DNA of 57,450 nucleotides from Catajapyx aquilonaris. Lineage: Eukaryota. The notes under the pieces were generated by a model. The model did no database searches. It had not been told where the DNA came from and worked only from the letters and a program-made list of their open reading frames with translations. This document shows positions 24,639-36,068 of the stretch, in pieces. The stretch spans positions 1 to 57,450 of the forward strand of contig JYFJ02002417.1 of assembly GCA_000934665.2 (NCBI GenBank), in the 5' to 3' direction. How positions within the stretch are numbered: the first letter of the stretch is position 1; each line of letters opens with the position of its first letter. The translations under genes and the position numbers were made by a program.

Positions 24639-24867
24639 CATCAAATTTGGGGACATATGCTGTTAATCGATGTTCAAAATCATAACATTTATGATTTTAT
24701 CTACAATAATAGGTTTCAACGTGGAAATTGATGTACAGACATTTGAACAAGAAATACACATAACATTGTATATAATTATGGATATTATGCTAATTTCAAC
24801 TGCATAAATTAATTTTCTCAGTTGTGATCAGGTGGCTATGAGTGCCATATATGTGGTTCTTCAGCAT

Positions 24868-26288
24868 CTAGGATGTCACGTTGTAACAGTCGCATTGACC
24901 AGGTTCGGAACTCTTGAACTGCACCAGGACGATGAAGTACGTGGCAACTGCTCCGGCGATCTCATTACAGCAAATAATTTAATAATTATTAAGAAACATG
25001 TGTAAACAAATGGGACTTACAGTAGTGAGCAGCCCACGGTTAATGGCGAAAAAATTAGCTGCTGTCACTTGAATAGGAGCACTTGACATTTTTTGCACCA
25101 GAGCTTGGATCTGTCCAAATTACATTAAAATATCTCGTCAGCAATCGGGATATAAATAAGTACTCCACTAATTACTTTGTTGATTACCTGTACTCTGCAT
25201 TCAGGACTGACATCGCACAGGCATAATTGTAGAAGACTGTCAACAGAGGCAGATGCCTGAAACAATGTAATACGTGTAATAGCTCAGCAATGAGTGTTTT
25301 TTTATTTAAAAATATGTCACCAAAATAATGTCACGCTTACCTTGAGTGGAATTTTTGCCAGAGTAAAGATTAGGAACACGGCAAAGGAGGAATGCATGCT
25401 CATCATTAAGATATTCACAATACTAATAATAACAACAGTGTGTGTCGAATGTATAAATACGACGTAGTACAATCCGCATATCATTTCAAGTACAAATGAA
25501 GCGAAAAAGAAAATAATGAAAACGCCATACATCTCATTTATCATGCTGACTACATGGCAAAGTTTAAAGTAGAGGAAACCTAGCCTTGAAATTTCATCAT
25601 GGCATTTGCGAGACTGAAATTCGCAAACATTAATTTCGGTTGCGAGCCGAAGTTTAGAACAGAAAAGTTTAATTTCGTCGTTTATAACCTCCATTCTTTT
25701 CCACACTGCAGTAGAAAATATTATGACCTGACTGTTCACTACATTGCATCCTAAGAATATGAGGCTGACTGTGAAGGCGTAATGATAATCGGAAATATCG
25801 TTTTCCAGAATTAGCCAATGAGCCATGAAGTATGTGACGAAAGAAAATATGCAATACACAAATAGAATTCTGGCTCTAAGTCTCATTTGGTCATTAACGC
25901 CTGATTTCACGATCGAATCAAACTCGGACAGAATGTCCAAAATGCTAGTTGCTGATTTATCTTTCGTGACCATAATGAGAAAACCAATGTAATGGGACAA
26001 AACTGCACTCATGACACCAACACCTACGTAAAGAAACGTAGAATAATCTCCATGAAGCATGAAAAATGACACAAAGTTGTGGCAAATGAACATCACGAGC
26101 ATGGCAACAAGAAGCAGGACGTAAAATAGAGTGAATAACACCCTAGTGTGTAGTCTGGACAAACGCGAATTAGGCCAAGAGATAAGGCCCAAAACACGAG
26201 AAATAATTTCCACTGGTTTGAAAACACTGTGAATGTCAACAACTGTCTCGTCTTTTCCTAAGAAAACACACACCACCTGCGCCGCCAT
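24868..26288 (-). CDS. Gustatory receptor GR-g isoform B (proximal first exon plus shared exons 2-4)
   Basis: Exons 26288-25341, 25256-25188, 25110-25021 and 24960-24868. C-terminal 'IAGAVATYFIVLVQFKSSEPG'. Confidence 0.88.
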
Positions 26289-26664
26289 GACTTGTGTCTG
26301 AACCCAACTATACCTCTCGAATGTCGCAGAATTACAACGATCTACGCGATTATCATAGGGCGTGGCCAATTCTGATTATGATGAAGTGGATACTGTTCAA
26401 ATAAAGGTGTGGCATCGACATGAAAGCACTATGCAAATATTATGCAACACATTCTTAGCAAAATTGAGCCATTGATTTAATGGAATGGAATGTTTAAAAA
26501 ATCAACCTCTAGAATTTATTTTAAAACTATTGTTACACCTATCTGCACAACAACGTCGTTGCAAGTGGCGGAAATATGAATTTTTAAATAATTAAATTTT
26601 AATATAAAATTTTTCTTCATTTAAGAATTTTGGCAAAAGCAATGCAGTCGGCACGTAATCTTAC

Positions 26665-27636
26665 CTTGTGCGGAATTTGTCCCAGAGTGGTGGTAAGGTA
26701 CACGACGAATATTATGTCCAAACTCAGTGTCAGTACAGTCAAAACCAGGAAATATATTCCATGCTTTAACAGGTAGTCATGAGGAATTTCTGAAGTAAAG
26801 TACAGGCCGCAGACTAGCTCAAGAATCAGATCCGTAGAGACAGAGCAAAAATGGACAGTAAACTTCCTCCAACAGCTTTGTAACATCGCACAATTTGAAG
26901 TAAATGTATCCCAGCAGTGTGGTCATATCAGTGCTGTTTTCGCACCGAATAATAATTGGATTTGCTGATGAGACCTCGGGGCGAAAAAGCGGTAGTTTTA
27001 TATAATACGGCATGATTCGAGCGTTGACAATGTCCATCCTCTGTCCAACGGCGGAAGTAAAAAATATTAATTGTCCTTGATTAACTTTTGAGGCAGCGAA
27101 GAGATGGGTGGACACTAATATGAACATTTCGTCAGTGAACACTCGGTGCTCATGTGCAAGTGATACGGCAACAAAGTAGGAAATGGACACGACAATTATG
27201 TAAATAATAATTCCAATCGCTTTCTTCTTCAGGTTGGCATTGTTTGTCGCCATCATTAGATCAATTTGCGAGAAACGTTGCAAAATTGTGCTGACTGATT
27301 CGGGCTTGAGAGCCATTGAGACGAAGGCTGCTCCGTATATCAAAACATTGCTAACCGCAACATAACTGGTGTAAAGTGTCGTGTTGTGGTAAGCACCAAT
27401 GGTAAGAACAGACAGTGGTTGAATGGCCCAACTCACGGCCAGAATTCCCAGGAGCAACAGGTAGAAGAGAACGTTCCATCTGCTCAGCAATTTGAATTTC
27501 GAGCTGCACTTCAACTGCGAAGGAACCAGACCCAAACCGACCGAAATTGCTCTCAATGGCTTGACTTGAACACACCATGAATGTCCACTGAAGTAGCTTC
27601 TCTAATTGGCCGGGCTTCCGACGGCATGTTGTGCAT
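26665..27636 (-). pseudogene. Frameshifted alternative first exon (isoform A) of GR-g
   Basis: Paralog of 30155-31150, ending in 'GQIPHK|gtaaga'. A 5-bp duplication at ~27561 gives a premature stop (FKSSH*), and there is a 2-bp deletion at ~26827. It has no exons 2-4 of its own. Confidence 0.82.
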
Positions 27637-28034
27637 CCAGTAGACTGGAACAAGGTCCAGATTAAGCGAGATTAAGTGTACCAGGTCAGCCAATGCGCAG
27701 GAAGCAAACAAGCCCCGCCTACGCGTGACGTCACTTGTTGCGATAAGGCACAATTTGAATACTTTGCAATTTGATTACTATAACAGCCACATATTTTTGA
27801 TTGGCTTTTCAACATTGTTCGACATATAAAATTTGCAAAATTCTATTTGCACACTATGATAATAGGGTGGTTTCATTGAGTGGACTTAAACATTTATTTC
27901 TTTGCTCACCTATGTCAGCACAGGTGAATTTTTTGGAGTACTTCGACGTAGATATTGATGTACACACATTTGAACAAGAAATACACATACGTTTTAATAT
28001 AATTATGGATATGCTAATTACAACTACATTAATT

Positions 28035-28278
28035 GAGGCCGTTAGAGCAAATGTCCGTTTTTGCCACTTTAGACATACGACAGCCATCACGCTCAGAAGG
28101 CTACTCCAAGTTGGTGCAAAATTAGTGTCAGTCCTAAATTGGACATTTGACAAGTAGTTGGCATAATCTTATTTATGCTCCAAGGAGAATAATTGCCTAC
28201 GCCAACCATGGAGCATTTCTTGTCAATTTTCGTAGCATAATTTTTTTGTGCTTGGGCCACTTTTGTTATAAGAGCCTC
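28035..28278. mobile_element. MITE with GAGG...CCTC ends and AATT TSD (Sola-like)
   Basis: Imperfect TIRs GAGGCCGTTAGAGCAAATGT / ACTTTTGTTATAAGAGCCTC, flanked by AATT on both sides. The element is absent at the paralogous site near 24807. Confidence 0.72.
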
Positions 28279-28337
28279 AATTAACCTTCTCAGTTGTGAT
28301 GAGGTGTCTATGAGTGCCGTTCATGGTCCTTCAGCAT

Positions 28338-29810
28338 CTACGAGGATGTCACGTTGTAACAGTCGCACTGACCAGGTTCGGAACTCTTGAACTGCACCAG
28401 GACGATGAAGTACGTGGCAACTGCTCCGGCGATCTCATTACAACAAATAATTTAATAATTATTAAGAAACATGTGTAAACAAATGGAACTTACAGTGGTG
28501 AGTAGCCCACGGTTGATGGCGAAAAAATTAGCAGCAGTCACTTGAACCGGTGCACCTGACATTTTTTGCACCAAAGCCTGAATCTGTCGAAATTACATTA
28601 ATAATATCTCATCAGCAATCGGGATATAATTAAGTACTTCAATAATAACTTTATTGATTACCTGTACTCTGCATTCAGGACTGACATCGCACAGGCATAA
28701 TTGTAGAAGACTGTCAACAGAGGCAGATGCCTGAAACAATGTAATACGTGTATAGCTCAGCGAGCAGGCCTATTAAGGCCTATTAAAAGGCCTAATTAAA
28801 AGGCCTAATTTGTGTTTTTTTACTTATTATTTAAAAATATGTCACCAAAATAATGTCACGCTTACCTTGAGTGGAATTTTTGCCAGAGTAAAGATTAGGA
28901 ACACGGCGAAGGAGGAATGCATGCTGATCATTAAAATATTCACAATACTAATAATAACAACAGTGTGTGTCGAAAATATAAATGCGACGTAGTACAATCC
29001 GCATATCATTTCAAGTACAAATGAAGCGAAAAAGAAAATAATGAAAACGCCATACATCTCATTTATCATGCTGACTACATGGCAAAGTTTAAAGTAGAGG
29101 AAACCTAGCCTTGAAATTTCATCATGGCATTTGCGAGACTGAAATTCGCAAACATTAATTTCGGTTGCGAGCCGAAGTTTAGAACAGAAAAGTTTAATTT
29201 CGTCGTTTATAACCTCCATTCTTTTCCACACTGCAGTAGAAAATATTATGACCTGACTGTTCACTACATTGCATCCTAAGAATATGAGGCTGACTGTGAA
29301 GGCGTAATGATAATCGGAAACATCGTTTTCCAGAAATAGCCAATGAGCCATGAAGTATGTGACGAAAGAAAATATGCAATACACAAATAGAATTCTGCCT
29401 CTAAGTCTCATTTGGTCATTAACGCCTGATTTCACGATCGAATCAAACTCGGACAGAAGGCCCAAAATGCTAGTTACTGATTTATCTTTCGTGACCATAA
29501 TGAGAAAGCCAATGTAATGAGACAAAACTGCACTCAAGACACCAACACTCACGTAAAGAAACGTAGAATAATCTCCAAGCATGAAAAATGACACAAATTT
29601 GTGGCAAATGAACATCATCAGCATGGCAACAAGAAGCAGGACGTAAAAAAGGGTAAATAACACCCTAGTGTGCAGTCTGGACAAACGCGAATTGGGCCAA
29701 GAGATAAGGCCCAAAACACGAGAAATAATTTCCACTGGCTTGAAAACCCTGTGAATGTCAACGACTGTCTCGTCTTTTCCTAAGAAAACACACACCATCT
29801 GCGCCGACAT
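28338..29810 (-). CDS. Gustatory receptor GR-h isoform B (recent duplicate of GR-g B)
   Basis: Exons 29810-28866, 28730-28662, 28583-28494 and 28433-28338. Nearly identical to GR-g B. Confidence 0.88.
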
Positions 29811-30021
29811 GACTCGTGCCTAAAGCCAACTACCCCTCTAATGTCTCAAAATTACAACGCTCTTTACCCTAATATACGCGATTATCATAGGGCGTGGCCA
29901 TTCTGATTATGATGAAGTGGATACTGTTCAAATAAAGGTGCGTCATGAAAGCACGCAAATATTGTGCAACACATATTAGCAAAATAGCGTCATTAACTGG
30001 CAGTTAAAAATTCATATTTTG

Positions 30022-30023
<2 letters not shown>

Positions 30024-30069
<46 letters not shown>
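30024..30069. repeat. (TA)n microsatellite
   Basis: Pure TA run. Confidence 0.95.
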
Positions 30070-30071
<2 letters not shown>

Positions 30072-30154
30072 AATCTGTATCAAACGTCAGATGCAGAATG
30101 AAGTCATTTTAAGTGGCGGAATTTTGGCATAATCATTACAGTTTGCTATCTTAC

Positions 30155-31150
30155 CTTGTGCGGAAGTTGTCCCAGCGTGACGGTAAGGTACACGAGGAAT
30201 ATTATGTCCAAGCTCAGGGTAAGTAGAGTCAAAGTGATAAGATACATTCCATACTTTAACTGGTAGTCATGAGGAAGTTCCATGACAAAGTACAGGCCGC
30301 AGACTACATCAAGAATTACAGAGCCGTAGAGACTGATCAAAAATGGACCGTAAACTTCCTCTAACAACTTTGTAACATCGCACAATTTGAAGTGAAGGTG
30401 TCCCAGTGTGGTCATTTCAGTGCTGTTTTTGTTCCAAATTGGTTTTGCTGATGAGACATCGGGGCGAAAAAGCGGTAGTTTTAAACAATACGGCATGATT
30501 CGAGCGTTGACAATGTCCATCCTCTGTCCAACGGCGGAAGCAAAAAATATTAATTGTCCTTCCACAACTTTTGAGGCAGCGAAAAGATGGGCTGTCACTA
30601 ATATGAATAATTCGTCAGTGAACACTCGGTGAGCATGTGCAAGTGATATGGCAACCAAGTAAGAAATTGACACAACAATTACGTAAATAATAACTCCAAT
30701 TGCTCTCTTCTTCAGGTTGGCATTGTTCGACGCAATCATTAGATCAATTTGCGAGAAACGTTGCAAAATTGTGCTGACTGACTCGGGCTTGAGAGACATT
30801 GAGACGAAGGCTGCTCCGTATAACAACACATTGCTAACCGCAGCATAACTGGTGTAACGTGTCGTTTTGTGGTGAACACCAATGGTAAGCGTAGACAGTG
30901 GTTGAATGGCCCAACTCACGGCCAGAATTCCCAGGAGCAACAGGTAGAAGAGAGCGTTCCATCTGCTCAGCAATTTGAATTTCCAGCCGCACTTCAACTG
31001 CGAAGGAACCAGACCCAAAGCGACCGAAATTGCTCTCAAGGGCTTGAACACACCATGAATGTCCACTGAGGTATCTTCCGTATTTGGCCAGGCTTCCGAC
31101 GACATGTTCTGCATCCAGTAGACTGGAGTTCGATCGATGAAAAGTCTCAT
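30155..31150 (-). CDS. Gustatory receptor GR-h isoform A: alternative long first exon, predicted to splice to shared exons 28730-28338
   Basis: Intact ~330-codon GR exon 1 (VDIHGVFKPLRAISVALGLVP...KLCDVTKLLEEVYG) ending at the phase-0 donor AAG|GTAAGA. No downstream exons lie before the next first exon. The true start could be 31150, 31114 or 31105. Confidence 0.82.
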
Positions 31151-31396
31151 TATACTACTTTTGTTCCAAAGGGCGTGACTCTCTAGTCGATGGCATACAA
31201 TGTCAGAGTACGCGCACGTTTGACAGAACTTTAGTAAGAATCTAATTGCAATAGATTTAAAATATCAGAAATGTTGCATTCATAAGGATAAATAAGATAA
31301 TGTTTACTATACAGTACACTATACAATCATATCATGACTTGTGACAAAGCTTTCAGTGTTAAACGTTGTGATATTTGTCTTGCGCAGAATTCCCAA

Positions 31397-32719
31397 TTAA
31401 TTACTAATTTTGAACTGGACCATGATCACCATGTACGTCACTATGGCTCCACCAACCTGCAATGTTATAAGTCATTAGCGTGCAGTACAACCAAAATAAT
31501 GTAACGGAAAAATTAGTTATAAAATACTGTGATAATAAGTGGGCGATTGATGCTGAAGAAACCGGCAGCTGTAATTCCCTGATTGGCTGCAGACAACTTG
31601 CGAATTAAATTTTGCATTTCACGTCTGCAGTCGTGGTGCAGACTTCTCATGCTGATTTGCTCCAGATCCAACAGAGAGGTGTTGGCCTGCACAAAAAATT
31701 GGTATTATTTAGTACTATTTTACACGCATGATTAGACAAGTGAGGAACTCTGCTTGTAGAAATATTATTGATTTAATTTGATTGAGATGTCTACTCACCT
31801 CTTGCGAGACGCTCCCAATAGCGTAAGTCACCCAAATAAACCGAACAATTACTGCAATTATTCTTATGATGTCTCCAGCAATGAACCAGTATTTTTGGTC
31901 CAGAAAGTCTCCAATCAGCACGTATGGCAGCAACACCATGCAGATGGTCATGTCGCAATAATTAAGGACCATTACAGGCCCGTAATCGCTGCTGATGCAA
32001 TTCGCGATTTTGGTAATGACAGAATGCAGATGAGAGCATTTTTCTAGCTCGTTCAGACTCACGCCATGCTGCGATTCGAGTTTGCATAGAGTGCTAATCC
32101 GGCTGTTTATGTTGCGAAACATAGCTGAAGTTAGCAGTGACAGCAGTGCAACAATAGCCAGGCATGAAAAGTTGGCTGTTTCCACCAGAGCTGATCCGAC
32201 GTGGTGCGTGACACGATGTAGTTCAAAATCTTCAAATGTTTCAAAAAAGATTGCACAATAGACAAACAAAATTGCCAAGATGATGCAAAAAACGCGAGTG
32301 TCCAATTTCCTGGAATCTTCAGACGACAGCACGTGTTTAATTACAGCTTCCATCTGGCCCATGATACGACAACAACCTCTGGCAGCAAGGATCATCAGAG
32401 CAAGGTTGATTATAAAAGTTACACTACTGGAAAGGCGGTAGGTGATTAAGGCAAATCGGTCGATCCAGTGATGCTCATTCACCATTAGTGAAATAGAGGT
32501 AAAATTCCATTCAAATGCCATCAGTGCTGTGGCCAACAAGAGTGACCACAGGTTTTCAACACAAGGAAATCGCGTAAGAAAAGGTCCACCATGACCGGAC
32601 AATACATTCTTCACGGGAATGACACCAAGAATTTTGCACGTAGCAAGTACTTTTCGGATGCTAAGTACTCGGGTGATCTTTCCAGTGACGAAAGTACCAA
32701 TTTCTTTCGTTTTCTTCAT
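31397..32719 (-). CDS. Gustatory receptor GR-i (inverted paralog of GR-f)
   Basis: Exons 32719-31799, 31686-31528 and 31456-31397. Starts MKKTKEIG like GR-f and ends 'VGGAIVTYMVIMVQFKISN*'. Confidence 0.9.
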
Positions 32720-33422
32720 TTTCGGTAAGGTATTCTGAGAGTGACTGAATCACACTTTCAGCAATGAAGTGTCGAGCACTGCTACTTCGACGTCAGCCAT
32801 TACTCTAATGGCTCTCAGGTTATATTATCGAGAAACATGGGTGTGTCCTTCTGCCATGGACACACATAGGCAGATGGCTTACACAATCATAATCTATTCA
32901 ACATTACTTTTCTTCATTCACGAGTTGCTTCCTATTGGTCCATTGATATTTGCATTATTCAATCCAAAAGGCATCAAAGCCACAAAAATAAAAATAAACC
33001 CATTTTAAAACATTCACAAAATATGATTATAAATGTGTCATCTTTCCAAGCCCACGTCATCGTCATTTCCATTGCGTGCACTGACATTTCATGCTTGTAG
33101 AAGTCCCGAGGGCGTATTCAGAGCATGAAAATTAATACGTTTGGTATAGATTTCAGATCACTTTTGTATAATCCGTCACGTGCCACTATAAACCTCAAGA
33201 TCTTCTATGCCATTTCACAAATTAAGCGTCAAAGCGAAGTTAGAAAGGAAGGCTTGGATTACATAACTTTCAGCATTCAGTAAAATTTTAGTCACGGATT
33301 CATCACGCGAAGGGAATCCATAATAAGTGGTCGGGAATCACTTACGAAAAGAAATGTTACATGGAAGTCATTTTTGACATTATTTTCCAGACTTCCTTAT
33401 AAATCACTAATCTTGAACTGGA

Positions 33423-33944
33423 TGCGTTATCTCCGGGCTGTTTGTGGGGTTACCAAGTTCGATAGGATTAGGAATAAGGAGATTTTGCAGAGGTGTAATG
33501 TTAAGGAGACTGCTAAAGATAAGGTGTGTAGGTCTACTTTAAGGTGGTTTGGCCATGTGGAGAGGATGAAGGAGGAGGAGATTGTGAAGAAGGTTTATTG
33601 GGGTGGAGTAGTTGGTAAGAGGGGCAAGGGTAGGCCTAGGAAGACATGGTTGGACCAGGTGGGCCAGTGTCTTAAGGGTGTTGCTAGTGTTAAGCCGAGA
33701 CGTTCTTGTGTCAATAGGACCATGGACGTGGCTGAGGCTAGGGTTGTTTGTTTGGATAGGTGTAAATGGCGTAGGTTAATTAATGGGTAAATAGGTAAAT
33801 TTGTCTGAGGATAAGGTGATGTCTGAGGTGGGCAGGGGTGAGGGGTGGGACAGGTTGTTTTTAGGTTTATTCTCATGAGTTTTATTAGTTCATATGTTGC
33901 GTCTCCCTTCATCGCTGACTACCCCTCATAGGGAAATGTCGTGA

Positions 33945-33973
<29 letters not shown>
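33423..33973 (+). mobile_element. 5'-truncated RTE-clade non-LTR retrotransposon with (GTT)n tail
   Basis: Encodes 'MRYLRAVCGVTKFDRIRN...LRWFGHVERM...GKRGKGRPRKTWLD', an RTE C-terminus. It has a (GTT)n tail and the TSD TTGAACTGGA at 33413-33422 and 33974-33983. Confidence 0.9.
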
Positions 33974-33975
<2 letters not shown>

Positions 33976-34160
33976 GAACTGGACCATTATCACCATGTAG
34001 GCTACGTCACTATGGCTGCACCAACCTGCAATGATACAAGGCCGATTGTCACGTAATTACAATAGCGTACCGTATAACATGAAAAATTACTGTAATATTG
34101 AGGTTTCGATTGATGCTGAAGAAACCTGATGCTGTTATGACATGATTGCCTGCAGACAAC

Positions 34161-35116
34161 AACAACAACAACAACAACCCAACATATGAACTAATAAAAC
34201 TCACGAGAATAAACCTAAAAACAACCTGCCCACCTCAGACATCTCCTTATCCTCAGACATATTTATCTATTTACCCATTAATTAACCTACGCCATTTACA
34301 CCTATCCAAACAAACAACCCTAGCCTCAGTCACGTCCATGGTCCTATTGACACAAGAACGTCTCGGCTTAACACTAGCAACACCCTTAAGACACTGACCC
34401 ACCTGGTCCAACCATGTCTTCCTAGGCCTACCCTTGCCCCTCTTACCAACTACTCCTCCCAAATAAACCTTCTTCACAATCTCCTCCTCCTTCATCCTCT
34501 CCACATGGCCTAACCACCTTAGAGTAGACCTACACACCTTATCTTTAACAGTCTCCTTAACATTACACCTCTCCAAAATCTCCTCATTCCTAATCCTATC
34601 GAACTTGGTAACCCCACAAACAGCCCGGAGATAACTCATCTCTGTAGCCAACACCCTACTCTTATGCCTATCTGACCAAACCCACGCTTCACTACCATAC
34701 ACAAGAGAAGGAACAATAACGTGAGAGTAGACAGACAACCTACAGGCAGAAGATAAGTCCTTATTTCTAGAAAACTTACTTGTGGCACCTATTACCTACG
34801 GTTGAAGGTGTAGGAGTGCAGTTTGGTGATGAGTTAGTTAGTCACTTGCTGTATGCAGATGATTCTGCCCTTCTGGCGGAGAGTGAGGCTGATTTACAGT
34901 TGATCCTATGCAAGTTAGATAATGTTTGTGAAAAGAGGGGTATGAGGATTAACGTAGATAAGACTAAGGTATTGGTATTTGAGAGGGGACAGCAGCTTTC
35001 TCCTTGTATGTTGCAGGTACGAGGAAAACTGGTTGAGCAGGTCAGCCAGTTTGTATACCTGGGTAGTGTTTTTGAGTAGAATTGATGGGGAAATAGACAG
35101 GAGAGTTAGTTCTGGG
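34161..35116 (-). mobile_element. Second RTE copy, with an inverted 5' segment containing the RT YADD motif
   Basis: The minus-strand 3' part (34161-~34797) encodes 'PSLVYGSEAW...LRWLGHVERM'. The plus-strand part (~34798-35116) encodes 'LLYADDSALLAESEADLQ...INVDKTKVL...FVYLGS'. The TSD TTGCCTGCAGACAAC is at 34146-34160 and 35117-35131. Confidence 0.9.
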
Positions 35117-35139
35117 TTGCCTGCAGACAACTTGCGAAT

Positions 35140-35363
35140 AATCCGCCTGTGTACCAGTATTTGGCCAAATACTGGTTCACAGGCGGATTCTGCGCTGCGC
35201 AATAAATGACCAAAAATGCATGTGAATAAATCTTCCAGTGCTTCCTATACAGGCCAATGCAGAATCCCCATAATGTTTGAAGCTGTATTCCCAAAGGTCT
35301 GAATGACTTGATAACATTGTTGTCGCCTTGATTCGAGGACCTTATCCAAGCTAACTTCTTCAT
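35140..35363 (-). pseudogene. 5' fragment of a GR-b/c-like gustatory receptor
   Basis: MKKLAWIRSSNQGDNNVIKSFRPLGI from ATG 35363, then frameshifts and deletions, ending in a fold-back palindrome. The upstream region also resembles the GR-b 5' flank. Confidence 0.8.
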
Positions 35364-36068
35364 AGAACCGGGTCTTTGGACAACGAATGTCCTTTGAGTA
35401 CCCAAGGACAACTCGGGCGCCTCTATACAGTCGTCGATAAAAATCAGCTATAATATGACTTGAGCAACTACAAAACAAGGTATTAAACATGTTGACATTG
35501 ACGATTTGCACAAAGTTATTCAATTAGAGTTTATTTATTTAGAGAGTTTCTATTCAATCATTTTTGACTTGTGTCCACTGGAGTATAGTTATTTGACCAA
35601 GACATAGGGGCAGCAGTTGGATCCGTCTAGTGGAGTTTGTCCAAGTTCAGAACCTGTATACGACCACTTATTCTTCTTCTGGATGCCTCCAGACTCCAGC
35701 CCTGAAGCAACACTCTTGTCAACCACAACATCAGACGTACGTTGATGGCCACATACAATCAGGACCTTCAATCACTGGACATTCACTCCAACTGCTTCAG
35801 CTTCCCTACTTCCTGAGAAATGCCATCGTATGAAATAATTACACTTACAACCACTGTGTAACATTTTTACACCAAGCATAATGCAAATTGGTAACAATGT
35901 ATTTCTCACATAATAATTATATTGCAATAGGACACTGAATATTGATCCAATCACTCATTAGCTTGTAAAATAGGTGCTGAGTATTGTGACTATGTATTCT
36001 TACACAAATAAAAAAATTTCAAGCACTATTTTTTATCTAATGTCAACATGTACTAACCATAATTAAGC

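Larger units (their letters stand above)
33398..35139 (-). pseudogene. 3' remnant of a GR-e-like gustatory receptor, split by two RTE insertions
   Basis: Pieces at 33398-33422 (QFKISDL*), 33974-34160 (last exon, intron, and ITASGFFSINRNL) and 35117-35139 (IRKLSAG) rejoin across the TSDs. Confidence 0.8.

Noticed and set aside
33423..34640. Interpreting the RTE inverted repeat as the TIRs of one DNA transposon
   Set aside because: Each arm has its own TSD and GTT tail, so these are two retrotransposition events.
35589..35833. Short GC-richer ORFs downstream of ppk as a possible extra terminal exon
   Set aside because: ppk already has an in-frame TAA at 36071-36069, and splicing to the acceptor near 35812 gives an immediate stop. 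It may be 3'UTR; unresolved.
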